Positions 27,837-43,038 of a stretch of 64,000 bases of DNA are shown in pieces. Where the stretch lies: positions 37,572,001 to 37,636,000 of the forward strand of contig OZ024758.1 of assembly GCA_964016885.1 (NCBI GenBank), in the 5' to 3' direction. Origin of the DNA: Eledone cirrhosa (lineage: Eukaryota). A model generated the notes under the pieces. That model made no database searches. It saw nothing but the letters and a program-made list of their open reading frames with translations, and was not told the origin of the DNA. Within the stretch, counting starts at the first letter, position 1; each line of letters starts with the position of its first letter. Both the position numbers and the translations under genes were made by a program.

Positions 27837-30800
27837 TCATGGTATTAGCTGTCAGAAGTAACTCCAATGTTGGTGAGAATTCATTTAAGTCATGGTACTA
27901 GCTGTCAGAAGTAACTCCAATGTTGGTGAGAATTCATTTAAGTTCATGGTATTAGCTGTCAGAAGAAACTCCACTGTTGGTGAGAATTCATTTAAGTTCA
28001 TGGTATTAGCTGTCAGAAGTAACTCCACTGTTGGTGAGAATTCATTTAAGTCATGGTATTAGCTGTCAGAAGTAACTCCAATGTTGGTGAGAATTCATTT
28101 AAGTTCATGGTATTAGCTGTCAGAAGTAAATCCACTGTTGGTGAGAATTCATTTAAGTTCATGGTATTAGCTGTCAGAAGTAACTCCACTGTTGGTGAGA
28201 ATTCATTTAAGTTCATGGTACTAGCTGTCGGAATTCACTCCACTGTTGGTGAGAATACATTTAAGTTCATGGTATTAGCTGTCAGAAGTCACTCCAATGT
28301 TGGTGAGAATTCATTTAAGTTCATGGTATTAGCTGTCAGAAGTAACTCCACTGTTGGTGAGAATTCATTTAAGTTCATGGTATTAGCTGTCAGAAGTAAC
28401 TCCACTGTTGGTGAGAATTCATTTAAGTTCATGGTACTAGCTGTCAGAAGTAACTCCACTGTTGGTGAGAATTCATTTAAGTTCATGGTATTAGCTGTCA
28501 GTAGTCACTCCAATGTTGGTGAGAATTCATTTAGGTTCATGGTATTAGCTGTCAGAAGTCACTCCCCTGTTGGTGAGAATTCATTTAAGTTCATGGTATT
28601 AGCTGTCAGAAGTAACTCCACTGTTGGTGAGAATTCATTTAAGTTCATGGTACTAGCTGTCAGAAGTAACTCCACTGTTGGTGAGAATTCATTTAAGTTC
28701 ATGGTATTAGCTGTCAGAAGTCACTCCAATGTTGGTGAGAATTCATTTAGGTTCATGGTATTAGCTGTCAGAAGTCACTCCACTGTTGGTGAGAATTCAT
28801 TTAAGTTCATGGTACTAGCTGTCAGAAGTAACCCCAATGTTGGTGAGAATTCATTTAAGTTCATGGTATTAGCTGTCAGAAGTCACTCCAATGTTGGTGA
28901 GAATTCATTTAAGTTCATGGTATTAGCTGTCAGAAGTAACTCCACTGTTGGTGAGAATTCATTTATGTTCATGGTATTAGTTTGTCAGAAGTAACTCCAC
29001 TGTTGGTGAGAATTCATTTAAGTCATGGTATTAGTTGTCAGAAGTAACTCCAATGTTGGTGAGAATTCATTTAAGTTCATGGTATTAGCTGTCAGAAGTC
29101 ACTCCAATGTTGGTGAGAATTCATTTAAGTTCATGGTATTAGTTGTCAGAAGGAACTCCAATGTTGGTGAGAATTCATTTAAGTCATGGTACTAGCTGTC
29201 AGAAGTAACTCCACTGTTGGTGAGAATTCATTTAAGTTCATGGTATTAGCTGTCAGAAGGAACTCCACTGTTGGTGAGAATTCATTTAAGTTCATGGTAT
29301 TAGCTGTCAGAAGTAACTCCACTGTTGGTGAGAATTCATTTAAGTCATGGTATTAGCTGTCAGAAGTAACTCCATTGTTGGTGAGAATTCATTTAAGTCA
29401 TGGTACTAGCTGTCAGAAGTAACTCTAATGTTGGTGAGAATTCATTTAAGTTCATGTTATTAGCTGTCAGAAGGAACTCCACTGTTGGTGAGAATTCATT
29501 TAAGTTCATGGTATTAGCTGTCAGAAGTAACTCCACTGTTGGTGAGAATTCATTTAAGTTCATGGTATTACCTGTCAGAAGTAACTCCACCGTTGGTGAG
29601 AATTCATTTAAGTTCATGGTACTAGCTGTCAGAAGTAACTCCAATGCTGGTGAGAATTCATTTAAGTTCATGGTATTAGCTGTCAGAAGTAACTCCACTG
29701 TTGGTGAGAATTCATTTAAGTTCATGGTATTAGCTGTCAGAAGTAACTCCACTGTTGGTGAGAATTCATTTAAGTTCATGGTATTAGCTGTCAGAAGTAA
29801 CTCCACTGTTAGTGAGAATTCATTTAAGTTCATGGTACTAGCTGTCAGAAGTAACTCCAATGTTGGTGAGAATTCATTTAAGTTCATGGTATTAGCTGTC
29901 AGAAGTAACTCCACTGTTGGTGAGAATTCATTTAAGTCATGGTATTAGCTGTCAGAAGTAACTCCACTGTTGGTGAGAATTCATTTAATTTCATGGTATT
30001 AGCTGTCAGAAGTAACTCCACTGTTGGTGAGAATTCATTTAAGTTCATGGTACGAGCTGTCAGAAGTAACTCCAATGTTGGTGAGAATTCATTTAAGTTC
30101 ATGGTATTAGCTGTCAGAAGTAACTCCACTGTTGGTGAGAATTCATTTAAGTCATGGTATTAGCTGTCAGAAGTAACTCCACTGTTGGTGAGAATTCATT
30201 TAAGTTCATGGTATTAGCTGTCAGAAGTAACTCCACTGTTGGTGAGAATTCATTTAAGTTCATGGTATTAGCTGTCAGAAGTAACTCCACTGTGGGTGAG
30301 AATTCATTTAAGTTCATGGTATTAGTTTGTCAGAAGTAACTCCACTGTTGGTGAGAATTCATTTAAGTCATGGTATTAGTTGTCAGAAGTAACTCCAATG
30401 TTGGTGAGAATTCATTTAAGTTCATGGTACTAGCTGTCAGAAGTAACTCCACTGTTGGTGAGAATTCATTTAAGTTCATGGTAATAGCTGTCAGAAGTAA
30501 CTCCACTGTTGGTGAGAATTCATTTAAGTCATGGTATTAGCTGTCAGAAGTAACTCCAATGTTGGTGAGAATTCATTTAAGTCATGGTACTAGCTGTCAG
30601 AAGTAACTCCAATGTTGGTGAGAATTCATTTAAGTTCATGGTATTAGCTGTCAGAAGAAACTCCACTGTTGGTGAGAATTCATTTAAGTTCATGGTATTA
30701 GCTGTCAGAAGTAACTCCACTGTTGGTGAGAATTCATTTAAGTCATGGTATTAGCTGTCAGAAGTAACTCCAATGTTGGTGAGAATTCATTTAAGTTCAT

Positions 30801-33800
30801 GGTATTAGCTGTCAATAAGTCACTCCACTGTTGGTGAGAATTCATTTAAGTTCATGGTACTAGCTGTCAGAAGTAACCCCAATGTTGGTGAGAATTCATT
30901 TAAGTTCATGGTATTAGCTGTCAGAAGTCACTCCAATGTTGGTGAGAATTCATTTAAGTTCATGGTATTAGCTGTCAGAAGTAACTCCACTGTTGGTAAG
31001 AATTCATTTAAGTTCATGGTATTAGCTGTCAGAAGTAACTCCACTGTTGGTGAGAATTCATTTAAGTTCATGGTATTAGCTGTCAGAAGGAACGCCACTG
31101 TTGGTGAGAATTCATTTAAGTTCATGGTATTAGCTGTCAGAAGTAACGCCACTGTTGGTGAGAATTCATTTAAGTTCATGGTACTAGCTGTCAGAAGTAA
31201 CTCCAATGTTGGGGAGAATTCATTTAAGTTCATGGTATTAGCTGTCAGAAGGAACTCCACTGTTGCTGAGAATTCATTTAAGTTCATGGTATTAGCTGTC
31301 AGAAGTAACTCCACTGTTGGTGAGAATTCATTTAAGTTCATGGTACTAGCTGGCATAAGTAACTCCAATGTTGGGGAGAATTCATTTAAGTTCATGGTAT
31401 TAGCTGTCAGAAGTAACGCCACTGTTGGTGAGAATTCATTTAAGTTCATGGTACTAGCTGTCAGAAGTAACTCCAATGTTGGGGAGAATTCATTTAAGTT
31501 CATGGTATTAGCTGTCAGAAGGAACTCCACTGTTGCTGAGAATTCATTTAAGTTCATGGTATTAGCTGTCAGAAGTAACTCCACTGTTCGTGAGAATTCA
31601 TTTAAGTTCATGGTACTAGCTGTCAGAAGTAACTCCACTGTTGGTGAGAATTCATTTAAGTTCATGGTATTAGCTGTCAGAAGTAACTCCACTGTTGGTG
31701 AGAATTCATTTAAGTTCATGGTATTAGCTGACAGAAGTCACTCCACTGTTGGTGAGAATTCATTTATGTTCATGGTATTAGTTTGTCAGAAGTAACTCCA
31801 CTGTTGGTGAGAATTCATTTAAGTCATGGTATTAGTTGTCAGAAGTAACTCCAATGTTGGTGAGAATTCATTTAAGTTCATGGTACTAGCTGTCAGAAGT
31901 AACTCCACTGTTGGTGAGAATTCATTTAAGTCATGGTATTAGCTGTCAGAAGTAACTCCAATGTTGGTGAGAATTCATTTAAGTCATGGTACTAGCTGTC
32001 AGAAGTAACTCCAATGTTGGTGAGAATTCATTTAAGTTCATGGTATTAGCTGTCAGAAGAAACTCCACTGTTGGTGAGAATTCATTTAAGTTCATGGTAT
32101 TAGCTGTCAGAAGTAACTCCACTGTTGGTGAGAATTCATTTAAGTCATGGTATTAGCTGTCAGAAGTAACTCCAATGTTGGTGAGAATTCATTTAAGTTC
32201 ATGGTATTAGCTGTCAGAAGTAAATCCACTGTTGGTGAGAATTCATTTAAGTTCATGGTATTAGCTGTCAGAAGTAACTCCACTGTTGGTGAGAATTCAT
32301 TTAAGTTCATGGTACTAGCTGTCGGAATTCACTCCACTGTTGGTGAGAATACATTTAAGTTCATGGTATTAGCTGTCAGAAGTCACTCCAATGTTGGTGA
32401 GAATTCATTTAAGTTCATGGTATTAGCTGTCAGAAGTAACTCCACTGTTGGTGAGAATTCATTTAAGTTCATGGTATTAGCTGTCAGAAGTAACTCCACT
32501 GTTGGTGAGAATTCATTTAAGTTCATGGTACTAGCTGTCAGAAGTAACTCCACTGTTGGTGAGAATTCATTTAAGTTCATGGTATTAGCTGTCAGTAGTC
32601 ACTCCAATGTTGGTGAGAATTCATTTAGGTTCATGGTATTAGCTGTCAGAAGTCACTCCCCTGTTGGTGAGAATTCATTTAAGTTCATGGTATTAGCTGT
32701 CAGAAGTAACTCCACTGTTGGTGAGAATTCATTTAAGTTCATGGTACTAGCTGTCAGAAGTAACTCCACTGTTGGTGAGAATTCATTTAAGTTCATGGTA
32801 TTAGCTGTCAGAAGTCACTCCAATGTTGGTGAGAATTCATTTAGGTTCATGGTATTAGCTGTCAGAAGTCACTCCACTGTTGGTGAGAATTCATTTAAGT
32901 TCATGGTACTAGCTGTCAGAAGTAACCCCAATGTTGGTGAGAATTCATTTAAGTTCATGGTATTAGCTGTCAGAAGTCACTCCAATGTTGGTGAGAATTC
33001 ATTTAAGTTCATGGTATTAGCTGTCAGAAGTAACTCCACTGTTGGTGAGAATTCATTTATGTTCATGGTATTAGTTTGTCAGAAGTAACTCCACTGTTGG
33101 TGAGAATTCATTTAAGTCATGGTATTAGTTGTCAGAAGTAACTCCAATGTTGGTGAGAATTCATTTAAGTTCATGGTATTAGCTGTCAGAAGTCACTCCA
33201 ATGTTGGTGAGAATTCATTTAAGTTCATGGTATTAGTTGTCAGAAGGAACTCCAATGTTGGTGAGAATTCATTTAAGTCATGGTACTAGCTGTCAGAAGT
33301 AACTCCACTGTTGGTGAGAATTCATTTAAGTTCATGGTATTAGCTGTCAGAAGGAACTCCACTGTTGGTGAGAATTCATTTAAGTTCATGGTATTAGCTG
33401 TCAGAAGTAACTCCACTGTTGGTGAGAATTCATTTAAGTCATGGTATTAGCTGTCAGAAGTAACTCCATTGTTGGTGAGAATTCATTTAAGTCATGGTAC
33501 TAGCTGTCAGAAGTAACTCTAATGTTGGTGAGAATTCATTTAAGTTCATGTTATTAGCTGTCAGAAGGAACTCCACTGTTGGTGAGAATTCATTTAAGTT
33601 CATGGTATTAGCTGTCAGAAGTAACTCCACTGTTGGTGAGAATTCATTTAAGTTCATGGTATTACCTGTCAGAAGTAACTCCACCGTTGGTGAGAATTCA
33701 TTTAAGTTCATGGTACTAGCTGTCAGAAGTAACTCCAATGCTGGTGAGAATTCATTTAAGTTCATGGTATTAGCTGTCAGAAGTAACTCCACTGTTGGTG

Positions 33801-35980
33801 AGAATTCATTTAAGTTCATGGTATTAGCTGTCAGAAGTAACTCCACTGTTGGTGAGAATTCATTTAAGTTCATGGTATTAGCTGTCAGAAGTAACTCCAC
33901 TGTTAGTGAGAATTCATTTAAGTTCATGGTACTAGCTGTCAGAAGTAACTCCAATGTTGGTGAGAATTCATTTAAGTTCATGGTATTAGCTGTCAGAAGT
34001 AACTCCACTGTTGGTGAGAATTCATTTAAGTCATGGTATTAGCTGTCAGAAGTAACTCCACTGTTGGTGAGAATTCATTTAATTTCATGGTATTAGCTGT
34101 CAGAAGTAACTCCACTGTTGGTGAGAATTCATTTAAGTTCATGGTACGAGCTGTCAGAAGTAACTCCAATGTTGGTGAGAATTCATTTAAGTTCATGGTA
34201 TTAGCTGTCAGAAGTAACTCCACTGTTGGTGAGAATTCATTTAAGTCATGGTATTAGCTGTCAGAAGTAACTCCACTGTTGGTGAGAATTCATTTAAGTT
34301 CATGGTATTAGCTGTCAGAAGTAACTCCACTGTTGGTGAGAATTCATTTAAGTTCATGGTATTAGCTGTCAGAAGTAACTCCACTGTGGGTGAGAATTCA
34401 TTTAAGTTCATGGTATTAGTTTGTCAGAAGTAACTCCACTGTTGGTGAGAATTCATTTAAGTCATGGTATTAGTTGTCAGAAGTAACTCCAATGTTGGTG
34501 AGAATTCATTTAAGTTCATGGTACTAGCTGTCAGAAGTAACTCCACTGTTGGTGAGAATTCATTTAAGTTCATGGTAATAGCTGTCAGAAGTAACTCCAC
34601 TGTTGGTGAGAATTCATTTAAGTCATGGTATTAGCTGTCAGAAGTAACTCCAATGTTGGTGAGAATTCATTTAAGTCATGGTACTAGCTGTCAGAAGTAA
34701 CTCCAATGTTGGTGAGAATTCATTTAAGTTCATGGTATTAGCTGTCAGAAGAAACTCCACTGTTGGTGAGAATTCATTTAAGTTCATGGTATTAGCTGTC
34801 AGAAGTAACTCCACTGTTGGTGAGAATTCATTTAAGTCATGGTATTAGCTGTCAGAAGTAACTCCAATGTTGGTGAGAATTCATTTAAGTTCATGGTATT
34901 AGCTGTCAATAAGTCACTCCACTGTTGGTGAGAATTCATTTAAGTTCATGGTACTAGCTGTCAGAAGTAACCCCAATGTTGGTGAGAATTCATTTAAGTT
35001 CATGGTATTAGCTGTCAGAAGTCACTCCAATGTTGGTGAGAATTCATTTAAGTTCATGGTATTAGCTGTCAGAAGTAACTCCACTGTTGGTAAGAATTCA
35101 TTTAAGTTCATGGTATTAGCTGTCAGAAGTAACTCCACTGTTGGTGAGAATTCATTTAAGTTCATGGTATTAGCTGTCAGAAGGAACGCCACTGTTGGTG
35201 AGAATTCATTTAAGTTCATGGTATTAGCTGTCAGAAGTAACGCCACTGTTGGTGAGAATTCATTTAAGTTCATGGTACTAGCTGTCAGAAGTAACTCCAA
35301 TGTTGGGGAGAATTCATTTAAGTTCATGGTATTAGCTGTCAGAAGGAACTCCACTGTTGCTGAGAATTCATTTAAGTTCATGGTATTAGCTGTCAGAAGT
35401 AACTCCACTGTTGGTGAGAATTCATTTAAGTTCATGGTACTAGCTGGCATAAGTAACTCCAATGTTGGGGAGAATTCATTTAAGTTCATGGTATTAGCTG
35501 TCAGAAGTAACGCCACTGTTGGTGAGAATTCATTTAAGTTCATGGTACTAGCTGTCAGAAGTAACTCCAATGTTGGGGAGAATTCATTTAAGTTCATGGT
35601 ATTAGCTGTCAGAAGGAACTCCACTGTTGCTGAGAATTCATTTAAGTTCATGGTATTAGCTGTCAGAAGTAACTCCACTGTTCGTGAGAATTCATTTAAG
35701 TTCATGGTACTAGCTGTCAGAAGTAACTCCACTGTTGGTGAGAATTCATTTAAGTTCATGGTATTAGCTGTCAGAAGTAACTCCACTGTTGGTGAGAATT
35801 CATTTAAGTTCATGGTATTAGCTGACAGAAGTCACTCCACTGTTGGTGAGAATTCATTTATGTTCATGGTATTAGTTTGTCAGAAGTAACTCCACTGTTG
35901 GTGAGAATTCATTTAAGTCATGGTATTAGTTGTCAGAAGTAACTCCAATGTTGGTGAGAATTCATTTAAGTTCATGGTAT
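27675..35980 (+). repeat. Tandem duplication, period 4094 bp (76 monomers)
   Basis: ORF and marker pairs 28053/32147, 29400/33494, 29939/34033 and 30854/34948. No mismatch was noticed by eye. Confidence 0.92.
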
Positions 35981-38900
35981 TAGCTGTCAGAAGGAACTCC
36001 ACTGTTGGTGAGAATTCATTTAAGTTCATGGTATTAGTTGTCAGAAGGAACTCCAATGTTGGTGAGAATTCATTTAAGTCATGGTACTAGCTGTCAGAAG
36101 TAACTCCACTGTTGGTGAGAATTCATTTAAGTTCATGGTATTAGCTGTCAGAAGGAACGCCACTGTTGGTGAGAATTCATTTAAGTTCATGGTATTAGCT
36201 GTCAGAAGTAACTCCACTGTTGGTGAGAATTCATTTAAGTTCATGGTCCTAGCTGTCAGAAGTAACTCCAATGTTGGTGAGAATTCATTTAAGTGCATGG
36301 TATTAGCTGTCAGAAGGAACTCCACTGTTGGTGAGAATTCATTTAAGTTCATGGTATTAGCTGTCAGAAGTAACTCCACTGTTGGTGAGAATTCATTTAA
36401 GTCATGGTATTAGCTGTCAGAAGTAACTCCATTGTTGGTGAGAATTCATTTAAGTCATGGTACTAGCTGTCAGAAGTAACTCCAATGTTGGTGAGAATTC
36501 ATTTAAGTTCATGTTATTAGCTGTCAGAAGGAACTCCACTGTTGGTGAGAATTCATTTAAGTTCATGGTATTAGCTGTCAGAAGTAACTCCACTGTTGGT
36601 GAGAATTCATTTAAGTTCATGGTATTAGCTGTCAGAAGTAACTCCACCGTTGGTGAGAATTCATTTAAGTTCATGGTACTAGCTGTCAGAAGTAACTCCA
36701 ATGCTGGTGAGAATTCATTTAAGTTCATGGTATTAGCTGTCAGAAGTAACTCCACTGTTGGTGAGAATTCATTTAAGTTCATGGTATTAGCTGTCAGAAG
36801 TAACTCCACTGTTGGTGAGAATTCATTTAAGTTCATGGTATTAGCTGTCAGAAGTAACTCCACTGTTGGTGAGAATTCATTTAAGTTCATGGTACTAGCT
36901 GTCAGAAGTAACTCCAATGTTGGTGAGAATTCATTTAAGTTCATGGTATTAGCTGTCAAAAGTAACTCCACTGTTGGTGAGAATTCATTTATGTTCATGG
37001 TATTAGTTTGTCAGAAGTAACTCCACTGTTGGTGAGAATTCATTTAAGTCATGGTATTAGTTGTCAGAAGTAACTCCAATGTTGGTGAGAATTCATTTAA
37101 GTTCATGGTATTAGCTGTCAGAAGTCACTCCAATGTTGGTAAGAATTCATTTAAGTTCATGGTATTAGTTGTCAGAAGGAACTCCAATGTTGGTGAGAAT
37201 TCATTTAAGTCATGGTACTAGCTGTCAGAAGTAACTCCACTGTTGGTGAGAATTCAGTTAAGTTCATGGTATTAGCTGTCAGAAGGAACGCCACTGTTGG
37301 TGAGAATTCATTTAAGTTCATGGTATTAGCTGTCAGAAGTAACTCCACTGTTGGTGAGAATTCATTTAAGTTCATGTACTAGCTGTCAGAAGTAACTCCA
37401 ATGTTGGTGAGAATTCATTTAAGTGCATGGTATTAGCTGTCAGAAGGAACTCCACTGTTGGTGAGAATTCATTTAAGTTCATGGTATTAGCTGTCAGAAG
37501 TAACTCCACTGTTGGTGAGAATTCATTTAAGTCATGGTATTAGCTGTCAGAAGTAACTCCATTGTTGGTGAGAATTCATTTAAGTCATGGTACTAGCTGT
37601 CAGAAGTAACTCCAATGTTGGTGAGAATTCATTTAAGTTCATGTTATTAGCTGTCAGAAGGAACTCCACTGTTGGTGAGAATTCATTTAAGTTCATGGTA
37701 TTAGCTGTCAGAAGTAACTCCACTGTTGGTGAGAATTCATTTAAGTCATGGTATTAGCTGTCAGAAGTAACTCCATTGTTGGTGAGAATTCATTTAAGTC
37801 ATGGTACTAGCTGTCAGAAGTAACTCCAATGTTGGTGAGAATTCATTTAAGTTCATGTTATTAGCTGTCAGAAGGAACTCCACTGTGGGTGAGAATTCAT
37901 TTAAGTTCATGGTATTAGTTTGTCAGAAGTAACTCCACTGTTGGTGAGAATTCATTTAAGTCATGGTATTAGTTGTCAGAAGTAACTCCAATGTTGGTGA
38001 GAATTCATTTAAGTTCATGGTACTAGCTGTCAGAAGTAACTCCACTGTTGGTGAGAATTCATTTAAGTTCATGGTAATAGCTGTCAGAAGTAACTCCACT
38101 GTTGGTGAGAATTCATTTAAGTCATGGTATTAGCTGTCAGAAGTAACTCCAATGTTGGTGAGAATTCATTTAAGTCATGGTACTAGCTGTCAGAAGTAAC
38201 TCCAATGTTGGTGAGAATTCATTTAAGTTCATGGTATTAGCTGTCAGAAGAAACTCCACTGTTGGTGAGAATTCATTTAAGTTCATGGTATTAGCTGTCA
38301 GAAGTAACTCCACTGTTGGTGAGAATTCATTTAAGTCATGGTATTAGCTGTCAGAAGTAACTCCAATGTTGGTGAGAATTCATTTAAGTTCATGGTATTA
38401 GCTGTCAATAAGTCACTCCACTGTTGGTGAGAATTCATTTAAGTTCATGGTACTAGCTGTCAGAAGTAACCCCAATGTTGGTGAGAATTCATTTAAGTTC
38501 ATGGTATTAGCTGTCAGAATTCACTCCAATGTTGGTGAGAATTCATTTAAGTTCATGGTATTAGCTGTCAGAAGTAACTCCACTGTTGGTAAGAATTCAT
38601 TTAAGTTCATGGTATTAGCTGTCAGAAGTAACGCCACTGTTGGTGAGAATTCATTTAAGTTCATGGTACTAGCTGTCAGAAGTAACTCCAATGTTGGGGA
38701 GAATTCATTTAAGTTCATGGTATTAGCTGTCAGAAGGAACTCCAATGTTGCTGAGAATTCATTTAAGTTCATGGTATTAGCTGTCAGAAGTAACTCCACT
38801 GTTCGTGAGAATTCATTTAAGTTCATGGTACTAGCTGTCAGAAGTAACTCCACTGTTGGTGAGAATTCATTTAAGTTCATGGTATTAGCTGTCAGAAGTA

Positions 38901-39065
38901 ACTCCACTGTTGGTGAGAATTCATTTAAGTTCATGGTATTAGCTGACAGAAGTCACTCCACCGTTGGTGAGAATTCATTTATGTTCATGGTATTAGTTTG
39001 TCAGAAGTAACTCCACTGTTGGTGAGAATTCATTTAAGTCATGGTATTAGTTGTCAGAAGTAACT
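34275..39065 (+). repeat. 4.8-kb block duplicated at about 51675-56575 (offset 17400/17401, then +108)
   Basis: Pairs 34948/52348, 36081/53481, 36457/53857 and 38447/55848. The shift to 17401 matches the 1-bp deletion at about 37374. The 38447 copy lacks two monomers (187 vs 223 aa). Confidence 0.88.
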
Positions 39066-42000
39066 CCACTGTTGGTGAGAATTCATTTAAGTTCAGGGTA
39101 CTAGCTGTCAGAAGTAACTCCAATGTTGGTGAGAATTCGTTTAAGTTCATGGTATTAGCTGTCAGAAGGAACTCCACTGTTGGTGAGAATTCATTTAAGT
39201 TCATGGTATTAGCTGTCAGAAGTAACTCCACTGTTGGTGAGAATTCATTTAAGTCATGTTATTAGCTGTCAGAAGTAACTCCATTGTTGGTGAGAATTCA
39301 TTTAAGTCATGGTACTAGCTGTCAGAAGTAACTCCAATGTTGGTGAGAATTCATTTAAGTCATGGTACTAGCTGTCAGAAGTAACTCCAATGTTGGTGAG
39401 AATTCATTTAAGTTCATGGTATTAGCTGTCAGAAGGAACTCCACTGTTGGTGAGAATTCATTTAAGTTCATGGTATTAGCTGTCAGAAGTAACTCCACTG
39501 TTGGTGAGAATTCATTTAAGTTCATGGTATTAGCTGTCAGAGGTAACTCCACTGTTGGTGAGAATTCATTTAAGTTCATGGTACTAGCTGTCAGAAGTAA
39601 CTCCAATGTTGGTGAGTATTCATTTAAGTTCATGGTATTAGCTGTCAGAAGTAACTCCACTGTTGGTGAGAATTCATTTACGTCATGGTATTAGCTGTCA
39701 GAAGTAACTCCAATGTTGGTGAGAATTCATTTAAGTTCATGGTATTAGCTGTCAGAATTAACTCCAATGTTGGTGAGAATTCATTTAAGTTCATGGTATT
39801 AGCTGTCAGAAGGAACTCCACTGTTGCTGAGAATTCATTTAAGTTCATGGTATTAGCTGTCAGAAGTAACTCCACTGTTGGTGAGAATTCATTTAAGTTC
39901 ATGGCACTAGCTGTCAGAAGTAACTCCACTGTTGGTGAGAATTCATTTAAGTTCATGGTATTAGCTGTCAGAAGTCACTCCAATGTTGGTGAGAATTCAT
40001 TTAAGTTCATGGTATTAGCTGTCAGAAGTCACTCCACTGTTGGTGAGAATTCATTTAAGTTCATGGTACTAGCTGTCAGAAGTAACCCCAATGTTGGTGA
40101 GAATTCATTTAAGTTCATGGTATTAGCTGTCAGAAGTCACTCCAATGTTGGTGAGAATTCATTTAAGTTCATGGTATTAGCTGTCAGAAGTAACTCCACT
40201 GTTGGTGAGAATTCATTTAAGTTCATGGTATTAGCTGTCAGAAGTAACTCCACTGTTGGTGAGAATTCATTTAAGTTCATGGTATTAGCTGTCAGAAGGA
40301 ACTCCACTGTTGGTGAGAATTCATTTAAGTTCATGGTACTAGCTGTCAGAAGTAACTCCACTGTTGGTGAGAATTCATTTAAGTTCATGGTATTAGTTTG
40401 TCAGAAGTAACTCCACTGTTGGTGAGAATTCATTTAAGTTCATGGTATTAGTTGTCAGAAGTAACTCCAATGTTGGTGAGAATTCATTTAAGCCATGGTA
40501 CTAGCTGTCAGAAGTAACTCCAATGTTGGTGAGAATTCATTTAAGTTCATGGTATTAGCTGTCAGAACGAACTCCACTGTTGGTGAGAATTCATTTAAGT
40601 GCATGGTATTAGCTGTCAGAAGTAACTCCACTGTTGGTGAGAATTCATTTAAGTTCATGGTACTAGCTGTCAGAAGTAACTCCACTGTTGGTGAGAATTC
40701 ATTTAAGTTCATGGTATTAGTTTGTCAGAAGTACCTCCACTGTTGGTGAGAATTCATTTAAGTCATGGTATTAGTTGTCAGAAGTAACTCCAATGTTGGT
40801 GAGAATTCATTTAAGTTCATGGTATTAGCTGTCAGAAGGAACTCCACTGTTGGTGAGAATTCATTTAAGTTCATGGTATTAGCTGTCAGAAGGAACTCCA
40901 ATGTTGGTGAGAATTCATTTAAGTCATGGTACTAGCTGTCAGAAGTAACTCCACTGTTGGTGAGAATTCATTTAAGTTCATGGTATTAGCTGACAGAAGT
41001 CACTCCACTGTTGGTGAGAATTCATTTATGTTCATGGTATTAGTTTGTCAGAAGTAACTCCACTGTTGGTGAGAATTCATTTAAGTCATGGTATTAGTTG
41101 TCAGAAGTAACTCCACTGTTGGTGAGAATTCATTTAAGTTCAGGGTACTAGCTGTCAGAAGTAACTCCAATGTTGGTGAGAATTTGTTTAAGTTCATGGT
41201 ATTAGCTGTCAGAAGGAACTCCACTGTTGGTGAGAATTCATTTAAGTTCATGGTATTAGCTGTCAGAAGTAACTCCACTGTTGGTGAGAATTCATTTAAG
41301 TCATGTTATTAGCTGTCAGAAGTAACTCCATTGTTGGTGAGAATTCATTTAAGTCATGGTACTAGCTGTCAGAAGTAACTCCAATGTTGGTGAGAATTCA
41401 TTTAAGTCATGGTACTAGCTGTCAGAAGTAACTCCAATGTTGGTGAGAATTCATTTAAGTTCATGGTATTAGCTGTCAGAAGGAACTCCACTGTTGGTGA
41501 GAATTCATTTAAGTTCATGGTATTAGCTGTCAGAAGTAACTCCACTGTTGGTGAGAATTCATTTAAGTTCATGGTATTAGCTGTCAGAGGTAACTCCACT
41601 GTTGGTGAGAATTCATTTAAGTTCATGGTACTAGCTGTCAGAAGTAACTCCAATGTTGGTGAGTATTCATTTAAGTTCATGGTATTAGCTGTCAGAAGTA
41701 ACTCCACTGTTGGTGAGAATTCATTTACGTCATGGTATTAGCTGTCAGAAGTAACTCCAATGTTGGTGAGAATTCATTTAAGTTCATGGTATTAGCTGTC
41801 AGAATTAACTCCAATGTTGGTGAGAATTCATTTAAGTTCATGGTATTAGCTGTCAGAAGGAACTCCACTGTTGCTGAGAATTCATTTAAGTTCATGGTAT
41901 TAGCTGTCAGAAGTAACTCCACTGTTGGTGAGAATTCATTTAAGTTCATGGTACTAGCTGTCAGAAGTAACTCCACTGTTGGTGAGAATTCATTTAAGTT

Positions 42001-43038
42001 CATGGTATTAGCTGTCAGAAGTCACTCCAATGTTGGTGAGAATTCATTTAAGTTCATGGTATTAGCTGTCAGAAGTCACTCCACTGTTGGTGAGAATTCA
42101 TTTAAGTTCATGGTACTAGCTGTCAGAAGTAACCCCAATGTTGGTGAGAATTCATTTAAGTTCATGGTATTAGCTGTCAGAAGTCACTCCAATGTTGGTG
42201 AGAATTCATTTAAGTTCATGGTATTAGCTGTCAGAAGTAACTCCACTGTTGGTGAGAATTCATTTAAGTTCATGGTATTAGCTGTCAGAAGTAACTCCAC
42301 TGTTGGTGAGAATTCATTTAAGTTCATGGTATTAGCTGTCAGAAGGAACTCCACTGTTGGTGAGAATTCATTTAAGTTCATGGTACTAGCTGTCAGAAGT
42401 AACTCCACTGTTGGTGAGAATTCATTTAAGTTCATGGTATTAGTTTGTCAGAAGTAACTCCACTGTTGGTGAGAATTCATTTAAGTCATGGTATTAGTTG
42501 TCAGAAGTAACTCCAATGTTGGTGAGAATTCATTTAAGCCATGGTACTAGCTGTCAGAAGTAACTCCAATGTTGGTGAGAATTCATTTAAGTTCATGGTA
42601 TTAGCTGTCAGAACGAACTCCACTGTTGGTGAGAATTCATTTAAGTGCATGGTATTAGCTGTCAGAAGTAACTCCACTGTTGGTGAGAATTCATTTAAGT
42701 TCATGGTACTAGCTGTCAGAAGTAACTCCACTGTTGGTGAGAATTCATTTAAGTTCATGGTATTAGTTTGTCAGAAGTACCTCCACTGTTGGTGAGAATT
42801 CATTTAAGTCATGGTATTAGTTGTCAGAAGTAACTCCAATGTTGGTGAGAATTCATTTAAGTTCATGGTATTAGCTGTCAGAAGGAACTCCACTGTTGGT
42901 GAGAATTCATTTAAGTTCATGGTATTAGCTGTCAGAAGGAACTCCAATGTTGGTGAGAATTCATTTAAGTCATGGTACTAGCTGTCAGAAGTAACTCCAC
43001 TGTTGGTGAGAATTCATTTAAGTTCATGGTATTAGCTG
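38890..43038 (+). repeat. Tandem duplication, period 2047/2046 bp (38 monomers)
   Basis: Pairs 39041/41088, 39362/41409, 39685/41732 and 40495/42541. Markers gagtattc, tttacgtc, agaattaac, aagtgcatg and aagtacctcc. Confidence 0.9.
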
